Source: Marsupella aquatica (lineage: Eukaryota > Plantae > Marchantiophyta). From it: a stretch of 64,000 bases of DNA. The stretch is from assembly GCA_973895155.1 (NCBI GenBank), contig OZ316892.1, positions 12,960,238 to 13,024,237 on the forward strand. The letters are read 5' to 3'. The notes under the pieces are model-generated. The model was not told the DNA's origin, did not search any database, and saw only the letters and a program-made list of their open reading frames with translations. A program made the position numbers and the translations under genes. This document shows, one piece after another, positions 13,716 through 26,112 of the stretch (positions are counted from its first letter, which is position 1; each line of letters opens with the position of its first letter).

Positions 13716-14813
13716 CTATTTAAGCAAGGAGACTAAATAAGTTATGATACTAATTATGGTAAATAGTGTAGTTCATTACTCTATGTATATTGTATATTAT
13801 GAAGTCTTGTTTAGAGGACATTATGAGATCTAATAATATATAGGATTAAGGGCTCTTCCCCTCCCATAATGGGTTCTTGGCAATAAAGGAGAAGATGCTC
13901 AAAATATTCCTAATCCGATTGTTTTCCTCACCATCAGATCTCCTTAGATGTAAGGATGACCGTTCAATTGTGGCTAATGGGACCTGTGATTAGGTGGAGC
14001 ATTGGCTAATGAGACAAAAAAAAATACTAGCAAATTTCTGCCAAAAATGGTGAAAGCTTTTTGCGGAGGTAGAATTTGGCTAATTCTTGCCACTAAAAAA
14101 AAATCTGGTTCTAGGGTCAAGTGTATGTGGAGGCCCCGTGGGCCAACGCGTATGCGTAGACCCATATCCCCATTGTGAGGAGGGTCAAGCCCCTAATTGA
14201 CGTGAAGGATTATATGGACCGGTCCCATGCTGTTGACGTCCTTGGTGGTGTGTGATTTATTGATTGATTGGTCCGTTCAGGTGCTGCTGGTGCTGTCAAA
14301 GGGGGCGAGGTTGAGTGGGTGGCTGTTGATACCGTTGAAGGCTAATTCAGCTAGGGGCTCTATGGCAGAATCACAGACTGAGTGCCTTTAGAGACCTGCA
14401 AACTAACTTTCAAAGCGACCCAAAGTTTAATACTCCCCCGTTACTTCTCTCTCTCACACACACAATCTCTCCCTTCCTCTTGCTCTCTCGTTGTCTCTCT
14501 ATGTCCGTCTCATTTTCTTTGCGTACAGTGTCTCCTTTCTTGTTGGCGAGGCAACGCGGACACGTAGTAGCATATAACAAGGAGAGGAGAGGAGAGGAGC
14601 TATGCAACGCAAAGCATTGGAAGCATGGGCGGGAGGAGTTAAAGGGAAGGGGTCTGGAGGTAGCGTTGTGGAGCAAGACAAGAGAGGAGCGATGACGGAT
14701 TTGATAATCTTGACAAATTTGTTCTATGCAAGAACACCACAGACCAAAACTTGTTTGTCATGTTCTTGTGCTGCAATTGATTCATCTCAGCATGGTGTCA
14801 TTGCCTTTATCAT

Positions 14814-15925
14814 AACAAGAGGTCCCGTCGAAGAGAAAGCGAGGAGGGCCTCCAAAAAACACTTTGCCAGTGGATGGCAAGATTCATTTGAGTGTGCAGA
14901 CATCTCCTATGGGGCAACAGGAGGTCTTGTTGAAGAGAACGCGAGGAAGACCTCCAAAAAACACTCGGCCAGTGGATGGCAATATTTGTCTGATGTGCAT
15001 GCATCTCCTATGGGGCAACAGGAGGCCCCGTTGAAGAGAAAGCGAGGAAGGCCTCCAAAAAACACTCGGCCAATGGATGGCAAGATTCATCTAAGTGTGC
15101 AGGCATCTCCTATGGGGCAACAAGAGGTCCCATTGAAAAGAAAGCAAGGAAGGCCTCCAAAAAACTCTTGGCCAATAGATGACAAGATTCATCTGAGTGT
15201 GCAGGCATCTCCTACGGGGCAACAGGAGGTCCCATTCAAGAGAAAGCGAGGAAGGCCTCCAAAAAACACTTGGCCAGTGGATGACACTCTCCGTCTGAGT
15301 GTGCAGGCATCTCATATGGGGCAACAGGAGGCCCCACCAAAAAGAAAGAGAGGAAGGCCTTGAAAACTTCTAGTTGTGATGAGTAGTTCACCATACACAG
15401 ATGAAAGTTGTTCGAGTGTGCAGGCATGTCCCATGGAGCAATAGGATGTCGTGTTGAAGAGAAAGCAAGGAAGGCCTCCAAAAAGCATCGGCCAGCAGAT
15501 GACAAGATTTGTCTAAGTGTGCAGGCATCTCGTATGGGGCAACATGAGGCCCCACCAAAAAGAAAGCGAGGAAGGCCTCAAAAATTCCAATTGTGATGAG
15601 TACTTCATCATACATAGATGAAAGTTGTTCGAGTGTGCAGGCATCTCCTATGGAGCAACATGATGTCCTGTTGATCGAAGAGAAAACGAGGAAGGCCTCC
15701 AAAAAACACTTGGTCAATGGATGGCAAGATTCATCTGAGTGTGCAGACATCTCATATGGGGCAACAGGAGGCACCACCAAAAAGAAAGCGAGGAAGGCCT
15801 TGAAAACTTCCAGGTGTGATGAGTAGTTCATCATACACAGATGAAAGTTGTTTGAGTGTGCAGGCATCTCCTATGGAGCAACAGGAGGCCCCACCAAAAA
15901 GAAAGCGAGGAAGGCCTCCCAAACT
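14814..15925 (+). repeat. 11-copy tandem array (101-120-bp units), each encoding a KRKRGRPPK AT-hook or a degenerate variant; exon of a decayed, probably transposon-borne gene
   Basis: Core AAGAGAAAGCGAGGAAGGCCTCC at 14831, 14933, 15034, 15136, 15238, 15340, 15457, 15558, 15678, 15780 and 15897. The 34-aa unit reads QEAPLKRKRGRPPKNTRPMDGKIHLSVQASPMGQ. Frameshifts and stops are present. Confidence 0.9.
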
Positions 15926-18900
15926 TCCAATTGTGATGCCGAGTACTTCAGTCCAAAGTTTTCATAGTTTGGCCCAACTTGCACCCAAGCCAAAATCTTC
16001 ACGAAGAAGAGCACCAAGATGACCTCAAGGCTATGGGAAGATTCACAACCCGTGACTCCCCTTGTCGTTGGCCAAAGGAGGGATATGATGTAATCTGCAT
16101 TTCTGCTCTAGGTTGTAGGTAAATAGCTATGCATGAGTAATACATGCAATTTGTCCACGGAAGTTTGGTCGCACACGCACCACCTCTAGAGCAATCAAAC
16201 ACCTAATCCAGATATTAGTGTTTTTTCTTGCGTCTGTGTGTAAGTAACTGACTATTTATATGGAAACAAGCCCTACGCCACTGTGTTGCATTGTGCAAGG
16301 AGGGCCGGCCCATAGGGGGTCGGTCTGGGGCATTTATGGGGCAACAAGAAGCACATATGTGATAGGGTGCACATGTTTTCCATCAATGGTCAGGGAAAAT
16401 AGCTATCAAATCTAACAGTTGTGGATCTTTCCTGCCCAAGAGCTTTTTTTTAATTGGGACGAAGGACAAAAAAAGGTGGGATCCCTTATTATAGTTGTAG
16501 ATGATGATATACATTGGCCTGCATTGGTAGACAGCAAATGTGCTTTTTCGGTGTTCTGTTTTTGTTGGTTGTGAATCTTAACCCACTCTATTCATCTCAT
16601 ACCCTTCAAAAGTTTGTCGTAGCTTTGTCTCTTGCGAGAAGAGAGCACCCGTTGTGGTGTTTGTTCCTTTTGTATAGCAAAAAAATCACAGGTTGGGAAT
16701 CATAATTACTAATCAGGTGTGCGGAAATTTTTGCATGAAGAACTCTTCTACTTTTCAGTTATGTTTTGTGGAGTCTACTGTACCTGTCATCCCAATCTAT
16801 TAAACACATTCTTCATGGTCATGTTGTGCTGAAATCTCCCTAAAGCTGTTAAGATGGATGTTGTTATTCATACTGCGTGAGTGTGGGTGTCAATGCTTTG
16901 TTTCACAATTCTGAGGATTGGTTCATTCGCTCCAAACGAAGTGTGTAAGAATATGGCAGTTGTGAAATCCTCTTGGATCCTCTAACATGCAATCAGATAA
17001 CAACATCCCCCTTCAAACAAATGTGATCCCGGGACAAAAGAATATGACCCCAGGACAACCAATATACACAATTTCTTGTGAAGCCCTTTATCAGGATCTC
17101 AAAGCGTAAAAAAGTGTCTTATACAAGACCGGGAGACTCAAAGGTCAATCATGGGAAGATCCCGGAACATATAATTTTTAGCCTCCAGTCACTTTGCCTG
17201 CCCTACCTCGCTCACAACCCCCTCCCACCTTGATAAGATGTGTTCGAGTATGACCGCATTGAAAGAGAGTCAACATGCTACAATCATAGTAAAGTAAGTA
17301 CGAGAGAAGTGTGGTAAAATGAGCTACATGCACGACCCAATAGCCACTTTGTACCCATTATTTAGTCAATGTTACTACATAGTATATATGCAATCTTTTT
17401 ATGTTTAATACATGTTCATATGGTAGCAATCTATTGTTAATTTTTAAGTCCATTGGATATCTAATTGACATCGGTTCAAGTACATGAACGTTACAATTAA
17501 GCCGTGATATATTTTGATGTAAAAGTTATGACTTATATGTGTCAATGGGATTATATGCAATCCAATTTACATCAGAATTACATCCAACCAACATCAACTT
17601 AGCATATTAAGAAGTTTCATACAAAATGATTGTCCAATACACGCATAAAATTGACGAAGAAACCATGTACTAGTCCAGCTTATGTCAAATACATATATAA
17701 CTCAGTTTTGTGATGTATGTTGCAATATGCTCTTGTGTTCTTGTGTAGACACATCGTGCTCTTTGTTTATAGTAGTTGCCATTTCTTGATTTTGCTGGTT
17801 CTTGTTTGATGTGCATTGGAGGTTGGTGAGCCGGACGTGTTGGAGGGCCGGGTCACACTTTCGCTTGCTAACTTGTTTATCATCGATGTGTTATTTGCAA
17901 TGCAGCTAACATCAATCAATTTTATGCGCTACTATAGATTGGTTGATTGTTTGGTGTTGGAGGTCTTGCTCAATTGATTGTTTTGGCCCTTTTGGCTAAC
18001 TGTTGTTGCAATGGTGTATATGTGTGACTCCACGGTGGCGTGCTGGAGTGCATCGGAGGGACAGGTTACAATTATGCTTGTTACTCATTTTTTGTCATAG
18101 TTTGCCATCGGCTCTTGCTTCCATTGGTGCCGTCATCAATTGTTTGCGTGTACTGGAGGCTGGCAAGCCATAGATGCTAGATCGTCGGGTCACATTTTTT
18201 CCTAGTGAGTTTTCCATCAATCAGCTGATCACATTGCTATTGTCAACAATCATTTTTATGTGCAACCTGATCATTGTTGCTGCCATGATATTTTTGCTGC
18301 AACTTTTTTACTCTAGTTGCTGCCATGGACTATTCATTAGCAATTGTAGGGTGGCTCCCTACAGGCATTGGAGAGTCAGGCTGAATCTGTATTTTCTAAT
18401 CATTTTTTGCCATAGCTTTGTGATGAACTCCTGCTCGTGTTTTTACAAGGAGGAGGCTATCATTTAGCATAGGAATGTCTTTGCTTAATGACGCTAGTGT
18501 CTCTGATGACACAATGAGTAGTTCTACAAATGAATCCCTGTTTTATGATAGTTGCCAAGCCAAGTTGCAAAAGCTGAACACAAGCCTAGACAGCTTACAT
18601 GTAGATGAGTGGCCTAAGAAGGAACCCATCATCATCGAAGGGCAGGGCCGGCCACCTATGGAATTCCTCTCAAAAGACCCATAGTTTTGAAAGACCCTTT
18701 TCAAGGGTGGATCTAATCCCAACGCTTATGTGGATCGACGGGTAGTCAACCATTTGACTAGATTTTGAGAGTTTGAAGGATGAGATACGCAAGTTCCATT
18801 GGAGGATCTTTCTCTCTTTGAATATGCTGCAATTTTGTTCAATTTTTTGAACAGATTTGTAAGAAGGATGGTAGATTATACCCGAATCAAACGTTGATGG

Positions 18901-19844
18901 AACTATAACTTGCATTTTGTCGAGTATTGAGGCATTGTCAAGAAGTCTAAGGCACAATCAGGGAATAAGGAGACTGTCTTTCATATGTGGAGAGTCCATT
19001 GTTGAAGGAAGTTTTCATTGCTTGAGGCTTAGCCATGGAGCACTCAAGATCCAACAGTGCTAACTTACCTTGCATAAAGGCAAATGTTATCTCCTTGGCA
19101 GATGAGGCCACTATTTAGCTCATCCCTGCGCAATCGTTGTTCACCCTTGTGGCCTGCAACATTGTGCAATGTATTTTCCACTGTTTTGGTTTGCTATTTG
19201 TGAAGGCAACGAGTTGCACCTGTTGGCAAAGACAGATTTGAGACCGGATCCAATGAAAATGGACAATTTGTAAGATATGAAGAGCAACTGTCCAAGAACT
19301 ACAAAGTCAATCTCGGTCAATATCATTATGAGCATTTTTTCCTATTGTAACCAGCTACAACACTTACATGGTTGAGACAATCAAGACTCTGCTCTCTCAT
19401 TTGCTTGTTGCTCACATGTTTCTATTCTATCACTACATTGATAGTCCCTGCACTCATGCATGGTACTCAACTCAACGTGTGTCTGTGAAAAGTTAGGTGG
19501 CATCCTCAAGGAAATTCACAAGGAGTGTGGTTTGGGCATAAACGGTGTCTCTAATAATTCTGGCAGGACCACATGTGTTACTCATATGACCATTGAAAGC
19601 ATTCCTACTGAAAACAGGATGATTATTGCAGGCCATAAGAGTCAAGGTGCTAGAGGCAGGAGACGGAAATGCTTTAAGACAAAGGTTGTCTACGAAGATG
19701 ATGACAATGGAATGCCCAACAAACAGAAGAAGGGAGACAAAGGTATATTTCTTGTGCTATTTGGGAACCAATGCTATCTCTATTATTTCCATATTTTATC
19801 CCTACAACCATAAGATAATCTATATTTATTGTGCAGATATGCCA

Positions 19845-20180
19845 TGTTAGATATTGCTCTAGTCTTGTGACTCATGAGCTAACCACAGTTAGGCTAACTC
19901 GGGTTAGGACTTAGCTAATGTTAGCAATAGTGTTGTTGTGTATATAGCCAGGGCTGATGCCAGACCCTGGTGGAACTTAGGCTCATTGTTACAGAGCTAG
20001 TTGAGAGATAGAGAGAGCTTGTGCTGTGGATACTTGGTATGGCCAAAAGTGCAGTAAAGCTCTTGTGTGTTCCCGTGGACGTAGCCTCATGTGGAGGTGA
20101 ACCACGTATCTTTCTGTGTCAACTCTTGTACGTTGGATGGTTCATGGACTTGCTATTACGAATGTCATCTATGCTCAACA
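19845..20180 (+). repeat. 5' LTR of the copia element
   Basis: TGTTAGATATTGCTC...TGCTCAACA; about 9 substitutions relative to the 3' LTR. Confidence 0.97.
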
Positions 20181-21482
20181 AGTGGTATCAGAGCATGCTT
20201 GGGAGGTGATGAGGTTTTTCGTGATGGGTTTTTCTAGCGTTCATTGTCGGTGGTACATTCGGAGTTTCATCGCATGAAACTCGAATGTGTGTGGCTGAGC
20301 GGATAGGTTAGTGAGAGGGCTTTCTAACGGTGGTTAGAACTTATTGATCGGTATCCGTGGTGCGAAGGAATCGAAGTTTATGTCGTTCACATTTTATTCG
20401 TGTTCGACGGGTTTTCGAGGGAGAGACCAGAGTTCGCATTTTTGGTAGCTGAGTTACTGTCGAGCTATTACCGAGTGAAATGTGACGGGTGGATGTTGAG
20501 TTATGGTTTTTTGACAAGCTATGGTGCTTGTTTTTCCCTGAACCGGGTTACTCATTGTGACGTTCAACTCAAAGGAAGAAACGCAAAGTGCTAGGGCTCA
20601 ACGGAGAGATCGCGGCAAGGCGGTCGTTTTGAGTCTGGGATTAACACCTGACGCGGAGTGAAGGCGACACGGCGGAAGTTCTTACTCCACTGGAGCTGCA
20701 GACTGTGCCGGTGAAATTTGACAATATTTTCGGTCGGCGGCGTTCACTTTTCTCGTTGGAAACGGCGATTTGGTACTGCAGAAAGGCGAGGTGCAGCTAT
20801 GACTTAGGGCACAGAGAAAACGACAAATTAAGAAATAGTACTTTGTCCGTAATTTCTGCCGTATTTAGCGCTTGGCTTGTGTGAGTAGTGAGCTCACGAC
20901 CCACAGGTGGTGAGGTCTTGGCTTGAGTGAGTATTGAGCTCACGACCCACGGTCCATGAGGTTTTGATTTGAGTGAGAAGATATCCCACAACGCACGGTT
21001 CGTGAGTCATGTGGGTTTGCGTGGGTAGGCATGTACCCACGACCCACGGTCTGTGAGGGGTCTTGATTATTATTGAGTTTGGGGGCGGATAGCCTGCGAC
21101 CCATGGTCAGTGCAGGATCATCTTGGAAGCTTGGCTCGCACCCACCACCCACGGCCTGTGGCCTCTCAACAGATTTTGGTTTTGATTTTTGTTTTTCAAT
21201 GTTTGGACTCCTAGCTTCGTGGGCTATGCAGCGGTGTTGAGTTTTATGAGGAGTTTCAAAAAAAGACATTTTTTGTGATTGTTTCATATGAGTGACTCGG
21301 AAAATACTGGAAGAATTGGCATCGGTGGAGCTTTAGGATCGCGACAGTCAGACGGTGAGTCTGAGGAGGAGTTGCTACCGTTTGAGGAGGAACTAGTATC
21401 ACCGGTATGATCACCGATGCGGCGTGCAGTGGAGGAAGCTGTTCTACTACCAGAGCTGTCGGTAGTGGGGAAGAAGAGGGAG

Positions 21483-24400
21483 ATGGCTAGATTTGGAGGA
21501 GTGAAGTTTGAGGTGGAAAAGTACGATGGTCGTACTGATTACTTGTTGTGGGAGAAGCAAGTGAAGGGTGTTCTTCGTGCAATGGGCTTAGCTCATCTGC
21601 TCTCTTCGCGAGAGTAGTGTGATGGAGAGGAGGAGATCTCAGAGAAGTAGTGGAGACAGGAGAAGGTGATTGCTGTCAATGTAGTGATGCTTTATCTCAA
21701 GCCGCACATCATCAAGAAGTTGGATGATTATGCGAATTGCGCATCACTTTTCAAGGCCCTAAGAGAGGTGTACTACCGGGAAGATGCATAAGACCAGCTG
21801 TACAAGAAGTCTCTCTTGATGAGCCTTAGGTTCAAGGAAGGGAGCAAGTTACAAGATCATCTAGATGAGTTTGACAGTCTAGCGGTGGATCTGTCAAACC
21901 TGGGTAAGGGAGTTGAAGATGAGGATAAGGCCTTGCTTCTGCTAAGCTCCTTATCGCCATCTTATCAGGGCTAAAAACAGGTGCTCTTATATAGAGATAT
22001 AAAGTCTATTTCGTATGATGAGGTGGTGAGCTCATTATTATCTGATGATGCACAGAAGAAGCTGGGTCAAGCACAGACAACATCTTCTTCTAGCACTGCA
22101 CTTAACGTTAATCGTAGAAGACCAGCGCAGCGCACAAATGGGCTTAATAGGTTTAGATCTACATCACGGGGGAGATCTAAATCCATAGGAAATTTGCAAG
22201 AGAAGAAGCATCTTGCATGTTGGAATTGTGGCAAGCCTGGCCACATGAAAAGGGACTATCGAGTAAGGGACCCTACTACATCAGCTAACGCGGCTTCGAG
22301 CGCACCTGAGGTAGATTACTCGATGATGATGACATATTGTGATGCCAAGGTTTTGCTCTCAACGTAGTGTCAAATCCAGGCAGTGATGACTGGATTCTAG
22401 ATAGTGCATGTACTTTTCACATTTGCTCTAGGAGAAATTTTTTCAGTTCTTACACGGTTTCCAACGGGTCAGTGTTGATGGGAAATGGAATCCCATGCCA
22501 AGTTGTTGAACTTGGATCTGTTAGATTTCAGATGGTGTTGTAAGAACGTTGAGGAATGTGAGATATATTCCCAGCATGATGAAAGATCTCATTTCGCTCG
22601 GTGTTTTAGAAGCAAATGGCCATCAGTGGAGTTCTGCTAACGGTGTCCTTCAGGTTTCAACTGGTACTAAAGTTGTATTGAAGGGAAAGAGACATTGCAA
22701 TCTATATATTTTGGAGGGCAGTGTAGTCTGTGATGAAGCCAATGTAACCTTATCTCATGAGAAGACGGCCCAACTATGGCACTTCCGTTTGGGCCACATG
22801 AGTGAAAAATGTTTGGTTATTCTTCAGAAGAAAGGATTACTTTCTAATTTGGAATCTTGTAAGTTGGAATTTTGTGAGCACTGTGTGCTTGGGAAGCAGC
22901 ACAGGAAACCCTTCGGAGTTGGGACTCACACTAGCAAGGAGGAACCTGAGTATGTACATAATGATGTGTGGGGTCCAGCCCCTACTCCCTCACATTCTGG
23001 ACGGTTATACTATGTCACGTTCATAGACGATTACTCAAGGTATGTGTGGATATACTTTCTACACAATAAGTCTGATGTTTTTGCCACTTTTAAGGAGTGG
23101 AAAGCCCAAGTTGAAAATCAGACTGGTAACAAGGTGAAATATCTTCGATCGGATAATGGTGGTGAATATAGTTCCGGGGAATTCGGAACGTATTGTAAGG
23201 AGCAGGGAATTACCCGCCATCTCACAACAAGTTATACTCCTCAGTAGAATGGTGTTTCTGAGAGACTCAACCAAACACTATTGGACCGCTATCGAGGAGT
23301 GTGTTGAGTCAATCATGCTTACCACATGAGTTTTGGGTTGAAGCTGTCAACACTGCAGCTTATTTGGTAAATTTTTCTCCATCTAGTTCTATTAGATTCA
23401 AGACATCATTTGAAATGAGATACGGGCGTCCAACAAATTACTCACATCTGAGGATTTTTGGATGTGATGCTTATGTGCTTACACCTTCCCAACTTCGATC
23501 CAAGCTAGAGTCAAAGTCGAAGAAATGCATTTTCCTTGACTATCAAAAAGGTGTGAAGGGTTATAGGTTGTGGGATCCAGTAACCTATAAATTGATTGTC
23601 AGTAGAGATGTGTCCTTTAATGAATCCAGATCATCAAAGGAGGGGGAGAGTTCTTAGGACTCCCATATTGACAAGGGGAAATCTCCCATCCCGGATCGGG
23701 TTGAGGGGGAGATTAGTCATGATGTTGTTCATGACAGGAGAGATGGAGAAGCTCCGGGCTTGGAGCTGGTTCCTGTGATGGAATAAGAGGAGCAGATTGT
23801 TGCTGGGGTACCTCAAATTCAACCAGCAGCAGCAGCAGATCAGTCTGAGTCATCTACTAGAAAATTTTCAGTCGTTCTACTAGAGCTCCTACCAGGTATA
23901 GTCAATGGGCAGACTCATCTAAGCTAGATGATATTGACATTGCACCTGATGATGATGATATGGCTTTGATCTTGGAAGAAGGAGAACCTTCTTCGTACAG
24001 TGAGGCTTGTGTTTCAGAGCATAAGCATAAGTGGAATGCAACAATGCAGAGGGAGTTGCAATCTTTGAGTGACAACAAGACTTGGGAGTTGGTGGAGCTT
24101 CCAAGAGATCAGCAAGTAGTGGACAGCAAATAGATTTACAAGTTGAAGGACAGTCCTTCAGAGGGTGGAGATAAGATCTACAAGGCAAGGCTTGTTGCCA
24201 AGGGATTCACTCAGGAGAAAGGAGTGGATTACAATGAGGTCTTTTCACCGGTGGCTAAGTATTCCACAATTCGGATCTTGTGTCAGCTTGTTGTGTTTTT
24301 TGGTCTGGTGATGGTTCAGCTGGATGTTGTTACTGCTTTTCTCTATGGCAACTTGGAAGAGATGATCTTCATGAGACAGCCACTAGGCTTTATGAAGAAG

Positions 24401-25571
24401 GGCCAAGAAAACTTAGTTTGCAGATTGCTCAAGTCCTTGTATGGATTGAAGCAATCTCTCAGACAGTGAAACAAGTGGTTTGATGATTTCATGTTTGCTC
24501 AAGGTTTTACAAGGATGATGTATGATCCTTGTGTGTATATGAAATCAGTCAAGAATGATGTGTTTGGTTTCATCATTCTGGTTATTTATGTGGATGACAT
24601 GCTGATTGTGGCTAAAGATCAATCTGAGGTTGATAGTCTCAAGGCAAAATTGAGTGCTGAATTCAGGATGAAGGATCTTGGTAAGGCCAAGAGGATCTTA
24701 GGGATGGAAATTTTTAGGAACTCTGAGACTAGACAGTTGTGCTTGAGTCAAGGCCAGTATGCAAGGAAAGTACTTGCACGATTCAACATGGAGAACTATA
24801 AGCCAGTGAGTATTCCTTTAGCTTCACATTTCAAGTTATCATCGGCTGTCTCTCCTACGGATGCTATGGAGAAAGGTCTGATGGCTAAGATTCCTTATGA
24901 GAAGGCAGTAGGCAATCTGATGTATTTGATCACTTGTACTAGGCCTGACTTGGCCCTAGCGATGGGCAAGGTTAGCAGATTCATGTCAAATCTAAGGAAG
25001 GTACATTGGGAAGCTGTGAAATGGATTCTCAGGTATCTCAAGGGTACACGGGACTATGGATTACTATTTGATAACAGATCAGATAGAACGTTAGTTGGCT
25101 ATGTAGATTCTGACTATGGAGGCTGTCTAGATACAAGGAGGTCTACAACTGGGTTTGTATACACTCTTGGAGGAGGATGTATCAGTTGGAAATTTACCTT
25201 GCAGAAGTGTATATCTCAGTCTACTACAGAAGCAGAGTATGTTGCAGCAGCAGAAGCAGCAAAGGAAGCAATTTGGTTGGACAAGTTGATCGCGAAGATG
25301 GGTTTAGAGCATGGCAAAATGACTCTAAACTGTTCAGAGTGCTCTTCACTTGGCCGCTAACCAGGTGATGGATAGCAGGGTGAAGCACATTGATATCATG
25401 TACCATTTTATCAAACACGCAGTGTCTGATAAAACTTTTGAGCTAGTCAAGATTGATGGAAATCTCAATCCCGCGGATACTTTTACCAAAGTGATTCATT
25501 TGGAGAGTTTTTCTCAAGACACCGTGCTACTTTGCAGGTTTTGCAGTTGTAGTGCAAGTAGAGTTATTTAG
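21483..25571 (+). pseudogene. Copia gag-pol polyprotein, disrupted by stops and frameshifts
   Basis: Gag MARFGGVKFEVEKYDG; zinc knuckle CWNCGKPGHMKRD; protease WILDSACTFH (~22392); GAG-pre-integrase LWHFRLGH..CEHC; integrase FIDDYSR..LRSDNGGEY; RT YKARLVAKGF..IYVDDM; RNase H GYVDSDY..STTEAEY. Confidence 0.95.
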
Positions 25572-25776
25572 CAATGTGTGACTATTTGTATATGAATTAC
25601 TCATTCCTGTATGGCTACGGTTTAGTTCTAGTTAACCCTTAGTTCTAGTTAACCTTTAGTTAACCCTTGTGGTTTTTAGGGGGAGACCTGGTTTGGCGAT
25701 TGTCTAGAACTTCCCGTTGAGGATTCCATATGGTAGCATTTAGTTCAATCCCCAAGACAAGAGTCAAGGGGGAGTT

Positions 25777-26112
25777 TGTTAGATATTGCTCTAGTCTTGT
25801 GACTCATGAGGTAACCACAGTTAGGCTAACTCGGGTTAGGACTTAGCTAATGTTAGCAATAGTGTTGTTGTGTATATAGCCAGGGCTGATGCCAGACCCT
25901 GGTGGAACTTAGGCTCATTGTTACGGAGCTAGTTGAGAGATAGAGAGAGCTTGTGCTGTGGATGCTTGGTATGGCCAAAAGTGCAGTAAAGCTCTTGTGT
26001 GTTCCCGTGGACGTAGCCTCATGTGGAGGTGAACCACGTATCTCTTTGTGTCGACTCTTGTACGTTGGATGGTTCATGGGCTTGCTGTTACGAATGTCGT
26101 CTATGCTCAACA
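25777..26112 (+). repeat. 3' LTR of the copia element
   Basis: Preceded by the PPT and followed by TSD TGCCA. Confidence 0.97.

Larger units (their letters stand above)
19845..26112 (+). mobile_element. Full-length Ty1/copia LTR retrotransposon (Tork/Tnt1-like), coding region decayed
   Basis: LTRs at 19845-20180 and 25777-26112 (336 bp each, TG...CA). TSD TGCCA at 19840-19844 and 26113-26117. Primer-binding site (PBS) TGGTATCAGAGC (tRNA-iMet) at 20183-20194; polypurine tract (PPT) AAGGGGGAG at 25766-25774. Domain order Gag-PR-INT-RT-RH. Confidence 0.97.

Noticed and set aside
14602-15363. 253-aa ORF as an intact gene
   Set aside because: The N-terminal part reads repeat units 1-2 out of frame because of a 1-bp deletion near 14994, so the ORF is a chimeric product of decay.
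16859-17240. Minus-strand PPT-like tracts followed by TG (17005 and ~17215), suggesting a TRIM or LTR remnant
   Set aside because: No matching second LTR, standard PBS or TSD could be established.
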